Of a DNA stretch of 35,911 bases, positions 1-10,600 are shown in pieces. The DNA comes from a virus (lineage: Duplodnaviria > Caudoviricetes): positions 1-35,911 of IMG/VR virus record IMGVR_UViG_3300025277_000062. One strand, 5' to 3'. Positions within the stretch are counted from its first letter, which is position 1. Every line of letters begins with the position of its first letter. The translations under genes and the position numbers were made by a program. A model generated the notes under the pieces. The model searched no databases, was not told the DNA's origin, and worked only from the letters and a program-made list of their open reading frames with translations.

Positions 1-19
1 CATAAGACCACATACTAAA

Positions 20-811
20 TTATTTCTTCTTCGGTGGCAAGAATTGAGTACCTACATTGCCTTTGAAGGCATAAGTCCCATAGTGCGTCAGCCCACTCGT
101 AATGTCAGCATATACGGTCCCACCAATCTTCTGCCATAGTCTACAGAAAGCATAGTCCTCTGACAAGTATCTTTTAGTTTCTGGTTCAACCGTGGTATCA
201 AAAAAAGCATAATTCCAATTTGAATTATCATGATAATTGAACGTTTTATCGTGGGGGTCATTTAAATGTTGATCCGATTTAAATTTTAATTCAGGATAAG
301 CTTTAGCCATTTTTTCAAAGACCTGTCTTTTAATCAACATAAAACCCGTAGCGCCGTCCAGTACTTCTATAAATCCTTTTTTTACTTCCACGTGTTCTGG
401 ATTTTTTACATTAAGATTATACTGTAATGAAGAAGCTAATAATTCATTTTCTTTAATATTGGGTTTTTCTTTTACTTTTCGTATAACTTTTGTCCAATCA
501 ATAGTCTTTCTTGGATATACTCCTGTCACTACTTCTTCATCCAGTTCTAACATTCGCATAACAGTTCTTTCACTAAAACCAATATCAGCGTCTATAAAAA
601 GTAAATGGGTATACTCTGAATGATCCATGAATAATTGAACCAATGTATTACGAGCTCTCGTTACTAAAGATTCATTTCCAATTGTACCAAACTGTAGTCC
701 TACTTTATTTAGGGAGCATTCAGACATTAAACGTAAACAGCTTTCAAAATAATTTACAGAAATCATTCCCCCATAACACGGGGTTCCGATAAATATTTTA
801 GAACCCGGCAT
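20..811 (-). CDS. Phage glycosyltransferase (GT-A fold, DxD motif)
   Basis: IFIGTPCYGG N-terminus, ESLVTRARN, LFIDAD (DxD), GATGFMLIKR and YLSEDYAFC motifs, typical of GT-A-like proteins in marine phages. Confidence 0.8.
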   Translation of the reverse strand: MPGSKIFIGTPCYGGMISVNYFESCLRLMSECSLNKVGLQFGTIGNESLVTRARNTLVQLFMDHSEYTHLLFIDADIGFSERTVMRMLELDEEVVTGVYPRKTIDWTKVIRKVKEKPNIKENELLASSLQYNLNVKNPEHVEVKKGFIEVLDGATGFMLIKRQVFEKMAKAYPELKFKSDQHLNDPHDKTFNYHDNSNWNYAFFDTTVEPETKRYLSEDYAFCRLWQKIGGTVYADITSGLTHYGTYAFKGNVGTQFLPPKKK

Positions 812-1331
812 CTTTGGAAACCTTTTGTCTGTAAAAAATATTTAACGTATAGCGCGGAGAACTTTCCCCTAATCCCTGTAAGTCCGTGTGCCATATTTTA
901 CTGCCATTAAAAAATAAAGCCCGGTTTTCTACAAATCCTATATGTGAGGAAAGTTTACTACCTATAAAAAACCCGGTTCCGTTATTTAATAATGGTTCTC
1001 CCTTAACAAAGAAAAGAAAATTTGCTATGTTTCCTTTATCCGTATCAATATGTACTTTAGGTTCTCCTTGATTGTGGCGCAAATGAGCATGAATAGATAT
1101 TGGTTCTAGATCTGTATAAGGAAAAAAGAATTCTTTAATACGCTGCAAGACCGGATCATTTTTAAATTGATGGAGAGGAAAGGTGTGTCTTTGACCATAA
1201 TGCTGTCCTTCTTCATTTTTTACTTCGGTATATTTTAAACTAATAAGTGTTTCTTGTAATGATTCTAATGTTTCAACATTAAAAAAATTATCTACGTATT
1301 GAACGTATGCTGTTTCCTTACTGTGTTGCAT
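798..1331 (-). CDS. 2OG-Fe(II) oxygenase superfamily protein
   Basis: HxD (VHIDTD), distal His (ENRALFFNGSKIWHTD) and Arg (SPRYTLNIF) arranged as in double-stranded beta-helix oxygenases. Confidence 0.7.
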   Translation of the reverse strand: MQHSKETAYVQYVDNFFNVETLESLQETLISLKYTEVKNEEGQHYGQRHTFPLHQFKNDPVLQRIKEFFFPYTDLEPISIHAHLRHNQGEPKVHIDTDKGNIANFLFFVKGEPLLNNGTGFFIGSKLSSHIGFVENRALFFNGSKIWHTDLQGLGESSPRYTLNIFYRQKVSKDAGF

Positions 1332-1593
1332 AGTCTATTTTTAAATATTCTATTTTTTTTATCCATCCTTGGGGGATGGCAATGGCTCCTCCTCCAGTAA
1401 TGTCTTCTTTATCTTTACTGTAAGAACGCATAATAACTATTTTTTCAGGACTATTAACAACCATCCATCCTACTTCTTGGCATGTAGCAAGAGGCGCTTT
1501 TAAAATATCTTTAATATCGAGCCAACCTGTTTCTGTATCACGAGCATCCAACCACGTCACACGGACCATTGGAGTCTTGTCAATATTAATCAT
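1318..1593 (-). CDS. Conserved phage hypothetical protein
   Basis: VRVTWLDA...CQEVGW...IAIPQGWIKKI pattern; overlaps both neighbouring genes. Confidence 0.65.
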   Translation of the reverse strand: MINIDKTPMVRVTWLDARDTETGWLDIKDILKAPLATCQEVGWMVVNSPEKIVIMRSYSKDKEDITGGGAIAIPQGWIKKIEYLKIDYATQ

Positions 1594-2294
1594 TTCAATA
1601 ATTGTTTTTCTTCTTCTTTTTTAATAAGGTGAAGATTAAACGACACGGATCGTCTTTCTTCATTAGGGGTTCTAAAAGGATAGACACCGTGTGCTAACCA
1701 ATTTGGAAATAAAAATATATCACCAACTCGAGGCGAGTGTTGAAATTTATGCCCACTAAATGTTGAAGCTCTTCCATCAAACCAACATATATCACCAACT
1801 GTAGGATAATGATCCTCTTTTGCATACTCCTCGGGTAGGCTTGGGGGAACCCGTAAATAAAACACACCTGATAGTTGGCCTTCATGGATATGAAAAGGAT
1901 TAAAATCCCCTGCATATTGTGAGACAACCCACATAGATTCCATAACCAATTTACCTACAAATTCAGGTTTGATAGTTTCATTAGCAGGAGGAATAGAAAT
2001 ATAGGATTTAACCATCTCTCCTATGAAGCTTACCATAGGAAGAAATGCATTTGTATCCATCCACTCAGTCGGGAAACGTACCTCTTGCTTAACATTCCCT
2101 GCTAGTGATCCTGAATGATCAAACTCTTTTGAAAGTTTTTCATCCTCTAGCATTTCTGTTGCTTTAGTATCCATCAATTCAAGTAAGTGTTTAGGAAGTG
2201 TTCCCCTTACTATTGTTGGACCGAAAGGTCGAATAGCCTGGAACTCGATAGTTTCTTCTTTAGACTTTTTTATTTGTTTTTTTTGTGGCTTCAT
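1590..2294 (-). CDS. 2OG-Fe(II) oxygenase (TIGR02466-like)
   Basis: GDFNPFHIH, LSGVFYL, VGDIFLFPNWLAHGVYPF and RRSVSFNL motifs. Confidence 0.85.
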   Translation of the reverse strand: MKPQKKQIKKSKEETIEFQAIRPFGPTIVRGTLPKHLLELMDTKATEMLEDEKLSKEFDHSGSLAGNVKQEVRFPTEWMDTNAFLPMVSFIGEMVKSYISIPPANETIKPEFVGKLVMESMWVVSQYAGDFNPFHIHEGQLSGVFYLRVPPSLPEEYAKEDHYPTVGDICWFDGRASTFSGHKFQHSPRVGDIFLFPNWLAHGVYPFRTPNEERRSVSFNLHLIKKEEEKQLLK

Positions 2295-2412
2295 TAAATT
2301 TCCTTAAGTTCTCTTGTACAAATGCCCATTCATCCTTCTTTAAAGGTCGCCCTGCAGTGGGATAAGAAGGAACATAAATTACTTCAGGTTGCTTGACTTT
2401 CTTCTTCGCCAT
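2260..2412 (-). CDS. Small basic hypothetical protein (start reassigned to MAKKKVKQ)
   Basis: ATG at 2412 preceded by AAGGA; overlaps the start of the downstream gene. Confidence 0.5.
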   Translation of the reverse strand: MAKKKVKQPEVIYVPSYPTAGRPLKKDEWAFVQENLRKFNEATKKTNKKV

Positions 2413-2419
2413 AATATCC

Positions 2420-2448
2420 TTGTCATATAACAATAATTTCCATATAAA
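2420..2448 (+). promoter_or_regulatory. Sigma70-like promoter for the virion/ejection gene operon
   Basis: TTGTCA-17 nt-TATAAA upstream of an AAGGAG RBS and the ATG at 2523. Confidence 0.5.
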
Positions 2449-2522
2449 TAAAGTATTAAATTGGCCCATGATTCAAGTTTCGCCTCCTTGCTACATTGAT
2501 ATAATGCATTATAAGGAGATAA

Positions 2523-3725
2523 ATGAACAAGCTTAAATTAGTTAAGGGCGGATTAGCCGACTTTCAAGAAGCGGTCGATGCCCTTAAAGATTTCGGACGA
2601 TATGAAGATGACACGCTAGCTCACGTAGCGACAGGGGAAACCATTATCCCCATGGAGGTTTTTGAAAAGAACCCTAAGTTACGAGATCAAGTATTTAAAT
2701 CTATGGCGGATCTAGGAATAGATCCAACCGAATATATTGTAGGCAGTAATTTTAATTCGATTAACCCCGTAACAGGGCAGCCGGAATTCTTTCTTAAAAA
2801 ATTATTTAAAAAATTAAAAAAAGCTGCACCTATTATTTTACCAATTGCCGCATCTTTTATTCCCGGTGTGGGTCCTTTAATGATGGGCGCCGCAGGGTTT
2901 GCTGGTGGTAAAATAGCAGGTCAAGATACAAAACAGGCTCTTATGTCTGGTATTATGGCAGGGCTTGGTGGTAAGTTTGCTAAGGGATCACAGGCAGCTC
3001 AAGCTGGTCTGGATGCTGGTGCTGGATCTTTAGGAAGTTCTATATTTAAAGGAATATCTAAAGAAGGTTTGGGAAGTTTATTAAGAAGAGCGGCGCTGGA
3101 AAATGCAGGGGTTGTTCCATCAGGAGCGGGTAATCTACCCGGAGGAGGTATGAGTGAATCTAAAGCAGCAACATATTTTCAAAATGCAGATAATCCTGCG
3201 TTCACAGGCTACAAGTCTGGTGGAGCTGACGCCGCAACCAAGAAGAACTGGCTGGATATCTTCAGGAAAAAGGGAGAAGCAGGGGGTGACTGGAGCCCTC
3301 AAAGAATATTTACAGCAATGACTCTAGGTGGTATGATTCCTGGAATGTTTGCACAAGATGAGGAAACGGAGGAGTACGTAGACACTAATGTATATCCTGG
3401 TGACTTTGGACAACTACTTCAATTAGCTAAAGCTAATACATATAATCCAGGTAGTAATATTGTCCCTTTTAGTTTAGCTAAAGGTGGTATAGTTAATTTA
3501 AAAGAAGGAGGATTTCCTTATGCCACTGCTCAAAGAGCAGAAGGAGGGATCACGGGTCGCGGAACAGGGACCAGTGATGAAATCCCCGCTTACTTAAGCA
3601 ATGGCGAATTTGTTGTAACAGCCAAGGCTGTTAAAAATGCAGGCGGTTCACGACCTATGTATGATATGATGGATCATTTAGAAAAAGGTGGTAAACTGTC
3701 AATGGAATCGAGAGGTAAAAAATAA
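2523..3725 (+). CDS. Putative internal virion / DNA-ejection (pilot-like) protein
   Basis: GRYEDDTLAHV, NSINPVTGQPEFF, Gly/Ala-rich hydrophobic segment, C-terminal GTGTSDEIPAYLSNGEFVV; strong AAGGAG RBS; first of a run of large virion-type ORFs. Confidence 0.65.
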   Translation: MNKLKLVKGGLADFQEAVDALKDFGRYEDDTLAHVATGETIIPMEVFEKNPKLRDQVFKSMADLGIDPTEYIVGSNFNSINPVTGQPEFFLKKLFKKLKKAAPIILPIAASFIPGVGPLMMGAAGFAGGKIAGQDTKQALMSGIMAGLGGKFAKGSQAAQAGLDAGAGSLGSSIFKGISKEGLGSLLRRAALENAGVVPSGAGNLPGGGMSESKAATYFQNADNPAFTGYKSGGADAATKKNWLDIFRKKGEAGGDWSPQRIFTAMTLGGMIPGMFAQDEETEEYVDTNVYPGDFGQLLQLAKANTYNPGSNIVPFSLAKGGIVNLKEGGFPYATAQRAEGGITGRGTGTSDEIPAYLSNGEFVVTAKAVKNAGGSRPMYDMMDHLEKGGKLSMESRGKK

Positions 3726-4795
3726 TGGTTGATGTAACAGAAACAGAACAAACGGTAAGGCAAGCTCCTTTTATTGAACAGCGCTCAGAACAATTACTGG
3801 CGTCTATTTTTGGTGATCCTACCGCTGAAAGGCGGAAAGATGAATCAGGTGCTTTTACTGAAACCGAAGAAGATTTTAATTTAAGAAGATATGGGAGAGC
3901 GGGTATAGGAAGACAGATACCTTCTTATCAAGTTGCGGGTTTCAGCCCAGACCAATTAGAAGCAATGAGGATGGGCCGTGCCGGTCTTGGGGGATTTGCT
4001 CCTCATCTAGCGGCGGCTGAAGGAACTTTAGGTTCAGGTATTGCAGCACTCCAACAAGGAATGCCATGGCTCACGCAGGGCGCAAATCTACTGCAAACGG
4101 GCGCACCATTAATGCAAGAAGGTTCACAAGCGTTAACCGGCGCAGACATTAGTCAATATTTTGATCCTTATCAAGATTATGTGACAGATGAAATTATAAA
4201 ACAAGGGGATATTGCTACTACAAAAGCAGGTGATGCTGCTCAAAAATATGGAGCATTCGGAGGTTCAAGGCAAGGAGTGGTAGAAGGAACGATAGCAGCG
4301 GACACCGCAGCTAGGGTAGGACAAGCCAGATCGACAGGGTATGGCCAAGCTTTACAAGCAGCGGAAGCAGCGAAGAAAAGATCTCTTTATGGAGGTCAAG
4401 GATTAGGACAATTAGGTGCAGGGCTTAGTGGTATTGGTTCACGGTTCGGACAATTTGGAACACAACTAGGTCAACTAGGAGGAGCCCAAGCGGGATTAGG
4501 ATTGGATGTCCAACGAGCAGGATTAACGGATATTAGTTCACTAATGGGCATTGGAGGATTAAATCAACAATTAATGCAAGCTGGTATGGATGCGGCAAGA
4601 GGAACTGAAGAAGCAAGACAACTTGAACCATTTACTAGAATGGGATGGGCAAGTGATATTCTACAGGGTCAGCCGTCCAGTTATTCAACATATACAACAC
4701 GTACCAGTCCTTCGGACAATATTAGTCCCTATTCTCAAATTGCAGGATTGGGATTAGCCGGATTGGGAGCATATAATAAAGGGCTTTGGGGCTAA
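3725..4795 (+). CDS. Putative DNA-transfer/ejection protein
   Basis: Gly/Ala/Gln-rich; ISQYFDPYQDYV and AFGGSRQGV motifs; hydrophobic C-terminus; TAATG coupling with the upstream gene. Confidence 0.65.
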   Translation: MVDVTETEQTVRQAPFIEQRSEQLLASIFGDPTAERRKDESGAFTETEEDFNLRRYGRAGIGRQIPSYQVAGFSPDQLEAMRMGRAGLGGFAPHLAAAEGTLGSGIAALQQGMPWLTQGANLLQTGAPLMQEGSQALTGADISQYFDPYQDYVTDEIIKQGDIATTKAGDAAQKYGAFGGSRQGVVEGTIAADTAARVGQARSTGYGQALQAAEAAKKRSLYGGQGLGQLGAGLSGIGSRFGQFGTQLGQLGGAQAGLGLDVQRAGLTDISSLMGIGGLNQQLMQAGMDAARGTEEARQLEPFTRMGWASDILQGQPSSYSTYTTRTSPSDNISPYSQIAGLGLAGLGAYNKGLWG

Positions 4796-4798
4796 CCA

Positions 4799-7675
4799 AT
4801 GGAAAATGTTCTTAATAGAAGAATGTTTCAGCAACCTATCTACGCAAAAAGCGGAGTATATGTTCCTACTATAGAACAGATAATGAATTTTTATGGTGGC
4901 GGCTTTGGTGAGGACGGCGTGCCTAAGGATATGGAAGCTTTTCAAACAGCTATAGAGAATGCTAATAAAGCAAACGAAGCGGGGCTTTTTGATTGGTATG
5001 GAGAGGGTCAACCCATAGATTCAAATTGGTTCACGACAAGAAGAAGTACTGGCGAGTTTTTGAAAAAGCATGGCCTTGAGATGTATGATCCTATATTTGA
5101 TATGTACAATACGCCGGGAGGAATGGTTAAACCAAGTGAAAAACATGAAGAGTTCCTTAAAAATTATTTACTGGAAAAAGAAAAAGAACTTCAAATGATT
5201 AACAAACAAGATTTAAGTACTGATGAAGGTGCTCAAGTTGAATCCGATTTAACAGTATATGATGCTGCTAATCTGCCTCCAGAAGTAGCAGCGGAAATAG
5301 CTAAAAAAGATAAAATGGAAGATGAGGAAGCGCAAAGACTACTTGGTATAGCCAATCAAAAAGAATTATTTGAACTTCTTCAACAAGCTAAAGTTAAAAA
5401 CTTAGCCGGTGAGACGGAACGCGAAGTATCAGGAGACGAAAATATAGAAATAATTAAAAGAAACATATTGCAAGGCACCAACATTGTAGAACCGGGAACC
5501 GAAGAATTTAAAAATTTATCAGCGGCTGATAGAATGAAAGTTAAAGACGCAATTTCTGAAAAAAGAAAAGAAGAAGTAGATTTAACTGACGTTTCCGAAA
5601 AAGGAATGCAAAACATTATTGAGGCTGCCGGGGAGTCTGTAGAAGTTGCTCTAGACATTTACAATGATATGAAAAATTTTGGGGGAGAAGTAGGCGAAGC
5701 TGCAGGAGAATTTATAGATGGTTGGAAAAAGGCTATTAGTAGTGGATGGTCAGATGAACGAAAACAAGAACTTAATGAACAAATAGACTATTTAAAATCG
5801 AAAAAACAAGAAAGCACCACGACTATAGAGGAAGCAGAGGCGGCTTTTCCTACAACAAGTTCTATATTTGGTGTAGATATAGATGATTTAAAAAAAGGAA
5901 GTAAGAAGGTTACAGATTGGTATAAAGACTCTATTATCCCTGAGGCAATAGAGGGGGGTGCTGATATTATTCAAAATGTCTTTGGTGCTTCAGACGTGGC
6001 AAATGCTGAGCTTTCTAAAGAAAATCAATTGCTGCAAGACAAGATAATTGAAGACCAGAAACTGGAAGACATGCGTTCAGTAGAAGAGGAATATTTAAAA
6101 GCGTCGGGTGCGGCAGATTCTGTGGACACTAGTATTTTTAAGGAGGCAATAGAGGGGGGTACTGATGCAGTTAAAAAAACAGTGGATAGTCTTAACGCAC
6201 AAGTGGACAAATTATTCAGTGATCGTGACAACAATATTATTGATGCGGAGACATTTAAGGAAGGACTAAATTTTATTAATGATAAAAAAAATGAACTTCT
6301 AGACAAATTCGACGATACGGGTGCAGGAAAATGGTTGGATAAAAAAACAGAAGAGGTAAGCGACTATTTGAAAGACAAAGGACAAGAGTTAAGCGACTTT
6401 AGAAAACAGGCTTTGGAAGATGGAGCAGATCTAAATGAAGATGGTAAAGTAGGTCCAATAGAATTATTTGAATATCACCTAAAACAAAAAAGAATCGAAA
6501 AGCAGAAACAGGAAGGTATGCGTTCAGTTGAAGAGGAATATTTAAAAGCGTCTGGTCTGGACGAGCAACGAAAGAAAAAAGCAGAGGAAATTGTAGAGAA
6601 ATCAAAAGTAACAGAAGACGACGGCGTCGCAACAATTGAGGATACGGAGCAGGAAATTGTAACGACGGATGAAGTAGCTGATGGTGACAAGGCCATTAAT
6701 AAAGCGGATACAGCCGCGGCTACGGCCGGTACCGATACTGTTGGTTTAGGTGCCGCAGATGAAGCTGTTCCGGCAGGCACGTCAGCGATGGCTCAACTTA
6801 TAGCGGAAACAGCGAAAGAAACAGGGTATAATTTTGGTGCGTTGGATCAAACAAAAGATGACCTGGCCCTTAAAACAATTATGTATGGATTAAAATTAGC
6901 TATGACTCCTGGTAAGTTTCATGAGGCTGTGCTGGGAACGGGATTTGAGGCGGTTAGAAATGAAATTAATGAACGCTATAAAACAAAAGCAGCCAAACAA
7001 AAATTTGCTGGGACTTTATTTAACACAATGCTTGCGGGAAAATTAGATATAGAAAAGGAAAGAGTTAAAGCAGCTAATAAAAAAACAGTTCCAAAGAAAT
7101 ATGATTTTGGAACAAACTTTCAAAAAGATGTATTATTAAAGATTGCTACTGGCAATCCAGAAAAAGGATTAGGCTTTGATTTAAGCGGCTTGGGTTTAGA
7201 TGAGGATATTAGTGAGGAAAACAAAGGTGCGAAAATGTTTGTTCTGGACATCATGAATGAAATGCAAATGTTAGCGAATAAAGCGGTAACTGGTGGTGAA
7301 CTCCCTCCTAGTCAGGATATATTATTTAATCAGGCCTATGAAAATATAAGCCCTGTATATAAAATAGTTACCAAAGATCTCTTTAGTATAATGTATACCC
7401 TTGACAAAGAGCTTCTTGGTGATTGGCTTCCTGGAGATTGGAAACAACCTAAAGAAACAACTATCGAGAGACTACGAGATCAAGATACAGCGGGAGCTAC
7501 AAGTACAGTAAGCACAATAAGCGCAGCGGAAAGAGAAAAAATACTTGAACAATTTAAAGACTTTCCAGTAACCGAAGCGATCGTCAAGCAACAAATGAAA
7601 GAGCATAATAAGACAAGAGACGAGGTTATAGCCGAATTCGAAAAAGTAGGCGCAGATGTATCGGAAGTAAAGTAA
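4799..7675 (+). CDS. Large acidic internal virion protein
   Basis: 958 aa, helical and acidic; N-terminal VLNRRMF; internal repeats; lies within the ejection-protein run. Confidence 0.55.
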   Translation: MENVLNRRMFQQPIYAKSGVYVPTIEQIMNFYGGGFGEDGVPKDMEAFQTAIENANKANEAGLFDWYGEGQPIDSNWFTTRRSTGEFLKKHGLEMYDPIFDMYNTPGGMVKPSEKHEEFLKNYLLEKEKELQMINKQDLSTDEGAQVESDLTVYDAANLPPEVAAEIAKKDKMEDEEAQRLLGIANQKELFELLQQAKVKNLAGETEREVSGDENIEIIKRNILQGTNIVEPGTEEFKNLSAADRMKVKDAISEKRKEEVDLTDVSEKGMQNIIEAAGESVEVALDIYNDMKNFGGEVGEAAGEFIDGWKKAISSGWSDERKQELNEQIDYLKSKKQESTTTIEEAEAAFPTTSSIFGVDIDDLKKGSKKVTDWYKDSIIPEAIEGGADIIQNVFGASDVANAELSKENQLLQDKIIEDQKLEDMRSVEEEYLKASGAADSVDTSIFKEAIEGGTDAVKKTVDSLNAQVDKLFSDRDNNIIDAETFKEGLNFINDKKNELLDKFDDTGAGKWLDKKTEEVSDYLKDKGQELSDFRKQALEDGADLNEDGKVGPIELFEYHLKQKRIEKQKQEGMRSVEEEYLKASGLDEQRKKKAEEIVEKSKVTEDDGVATIEDTEQEIVTTDEVADGDKAINKADTAAATAGTDTVGLGAADEAVPAGTSAMAQLIAETAKETGYNFGALDQTKDDLALKTIMYGLKLAMTPGKFHEAVLGTGFEAVRNEINERYKTKAAKQKFAGTLFNTMLAGKLDIEKERVKAANKKTVPKKYDFGTNFQKDVLLKIATGNPEKGLGFDLSGLGLDEDISEENKGAKMFVLDIMNEMQMLANKAVTGGELPPSQDILFNQAYENISPVYKIVTKDLFSIMYTLDKELLGDWLPGDWKQPKETTIERLRDQDTAGATSTVSTISAAEREKILEQFKDFPVTEAIVKQQMKEHNKTRDEVIAEFEKVGADVSEVK
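6071..6556 (+). repeat. 39-bp internal duplication encoding MRSVEEEYLKASG (6071-6109 and 6518-6556)
   Basis: Copies differ at two synonymous positions; a second 18-bp duplicate (EAIEGG) lies at 5942-5959 and 6143-6160. Confidence 0.9.
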
Positions 7676-7676
7676 A

Positions 7677-10600
7677 ATGGTTGAGAGTTGGTTAGACCCT
7701 GCAAAAATTTTAGGATTAAAAGAAACTGTTGATACAACTCAAATAGAAATTCCTGAAGGATTATTTGCAGATGAAATGAGTACCACTATTGGTATGGAAG
7801 AGGATGTTGTTCCCGAAGAGGATGATGATGGAAATGAATTTACGAAAGGCCTTCAACGACAATGGAATAATGTACAAAGTTTAACAGGCGACGCTCTGGA
7901 AGTTTATGGTAATTTAATTGGTAATGAAAATCTATCTGATTATGGCAGAGGCGTTTCAATAAAAAATAAACTAGAAGCCCAAGCAGTGGGGGCACCTGAA
8001 GTAGCGCGAGTGGAAGATGTAACAAGCGAAAATTTAGGTTCCTTTGTAGCCAGTTCTATTGGGGAGGCGCTGCCTTCTCTAGTTCCTTTAGCGGCTGGCG
8101 CTACAGGGGCCCGTACCTTATCTAATTTTATTCCTTATTTAAGAGCGATTAAGTACGGGAAAGCGGCGGTCACGGCACTTGGTGCGCTGATCCCTGCTGT
8201 TACATTAGGTGTAGGGGAAGCATCGCAAACACAAAAAGACTTCATGCAAAGATTAACCGGATCTCCTGTGGGTGAAGTTCCTGATGACTGGGCAGCTTTA
8301 TTTACGGGGATTAAATCCGGTTCATTAGATGCTGTAACAATGATTCCAATTTTACAGGCTTTTAAAAGAGGGGGAGGAGTTGTTAAAAGCATAAAAGAAA
8401 TTGAAGACGTATTTGGTGTATCAACGGGAATAGCAACCAAAGCAGCGGCAGCGGTTCCGGGTATAATTATGACCGGCGGTAAAGTAGGGGTTATTGAAGG
8501 GGTAACAGAGATGGCCCAAGAAAAAGTATTTATGTCGGATGCGGAAAAAGTAACTGGATTTAAAATAAGTAAAGAAGAAGAACAAAGTCGACTACTTAAT
8601 TCTATGGTTAAAGGGTCCATAGGCGGCACGACTATTGGTGGAGGTGCGCAAATAGTCAGTAATATTTTACCGGCTAATGTTCCAACAGATTCCGGATTAA
8701 AACTTAATGATATAGAAGAAGGAACTGTAATTAAATATCCTAACTTTACTACTTTTAACAAAGAAGTAACGGAAGCGGATAAACAAAAAATTATAGAAAA
8801 TTACGGAGCCGTTTTTCCTGACGGAATTAATAATGAACAAGACTTTTTAAAACTACAAAGAGCGGAGATTAATAATATCGTTGATAAGCCCGCACGTAAA
8901 ACATTACAAATGGTATACGATATGGGTGGCCGTCCTATTTCTGCTAATTATTATAAAAAAGGCCCTGAACAAATACGCTATAATGTTTTAGGTAAAGATG
9001 GAATATTATCTGAACGGCCGGAATTAATTGATACGAGTTTCTTAACTCGGTATAAAAAAAATTTAGGTCTTGGATGGGACGCTCTTGTTAATGCAACAGT
9101 GGGAAAATCAGTGAGTGCATTAGATGATCTCGCTTCACGGTCCAAAACTGCTGAGGGCGTACGGGCAGATTTTGCCTATTTTGATGATGGTCGAGGTAAG
9201 AAAAAAGTACAGGATGCTACAATAGATGAAGCTATAATAATGAACATGGGAAAATATAGCACTAAAGTAGAACAAGCTATCCAAAGTATTTCAAAAATTT
9301 TGCGTCTTCCTTTTACATCGAGGCTAAAAGCAAAAACAAATAGACAGCTCTATCAAATATTAACTAATCCTAAATTTAATTTAGATCCTAAAAATAAAGC
9401 TAAAATTCCAGCCAATGTAATTAAAGCAGGAAAACTTATACGGGAAGGCTTTGAAGATTTGTATCAATACGTTATCGATGCAGAGCATACACGGGGAGGC
9501 ATTGCCTTTGAAGGAAAGACTGTTGGGTTTACGCCAGGGAAAGTAAATAACTATTTTCCTATTATGATTAAATATAAAAAATTACAAAGCGATAGTAAGT
9601 TTAGAGCAGAGTTTGAAAACATGTTGGCAAGAAATGGTTTTACAGATCCCGCTGCAACAGTAAGTGATGTTATTGAAAACAGGGGCTTTATGAATTTAAC
9701 AGATACAGAAGGGCAGATGGATCCTACTAAAAAAGCGGGAAACATTGAACGTGAAAGAAAATTAAAAAATTTAGATCCAGAACAACTTGGCCCGTTTATT
9801 AATACCAATGTTGTTGATGTGTTTAACCGTTACCGTGATAGTGTTATACGCCGTGTTGAATACGCAAAAAGATTTGGGAAAGAAAATGAAATTTTAAAAT
9901 CACGTATAAATGAAATTGAAGCAGAAGTTCAGGCTAAAGGACGTCCAATGACTGAAAACGAAAAACAAAGGATGTTTAATATAGCTAAGGCTTTACAGAA
10001 ACAATACAAGCCCATTGAAAATAATTTTTTTCGTAAATTAAATGCGGCCTTAATTACCTATGGATATATTCTTACTCTTCCTTTTGCTACTATATCATCT
10101 TTAAGCGAACCATTCCTGGTACTCACACGTGGTGGTGCGGGTCCGACAATTATATTAAAGTCTTTATTTAGTGGTATGAAAGGAATTGTTCGTTCTGTTT
10201 TTCCTCGGTTCCCTCGTGATGAATTTGATATAGCCGTAGCAGATATTGGATTAGGTTTGGAAGCATCTGTCTTGGAAAGACAAGCGGCTGCCTTTGGTGG
10301 AGGACAAGAAACAAATAAAATTACAGAAAAGTTTTTTCGTCTAAATTTTCTTTCTCAGTTTACTAGATGGAATAGAATGTTGGCTAATGCTTCAGGGCGT
10401 AATATGGTGTTTAGTCATGCACGCTTCTTATCCAGTAACATGAAAAGATTAGACTTAACAAGCGTAGAAGAACTACCACAAACAGGAAGATATAAAGTTT
10501 ATGCAGAACAACTAAGAGAATTAGGTGTCAATCCAAATGACGCTGTTGCTTTTGTTCGTTCCGAAGCTTACAGAAAAGGAAATGTGGAAGAATATAAAGC

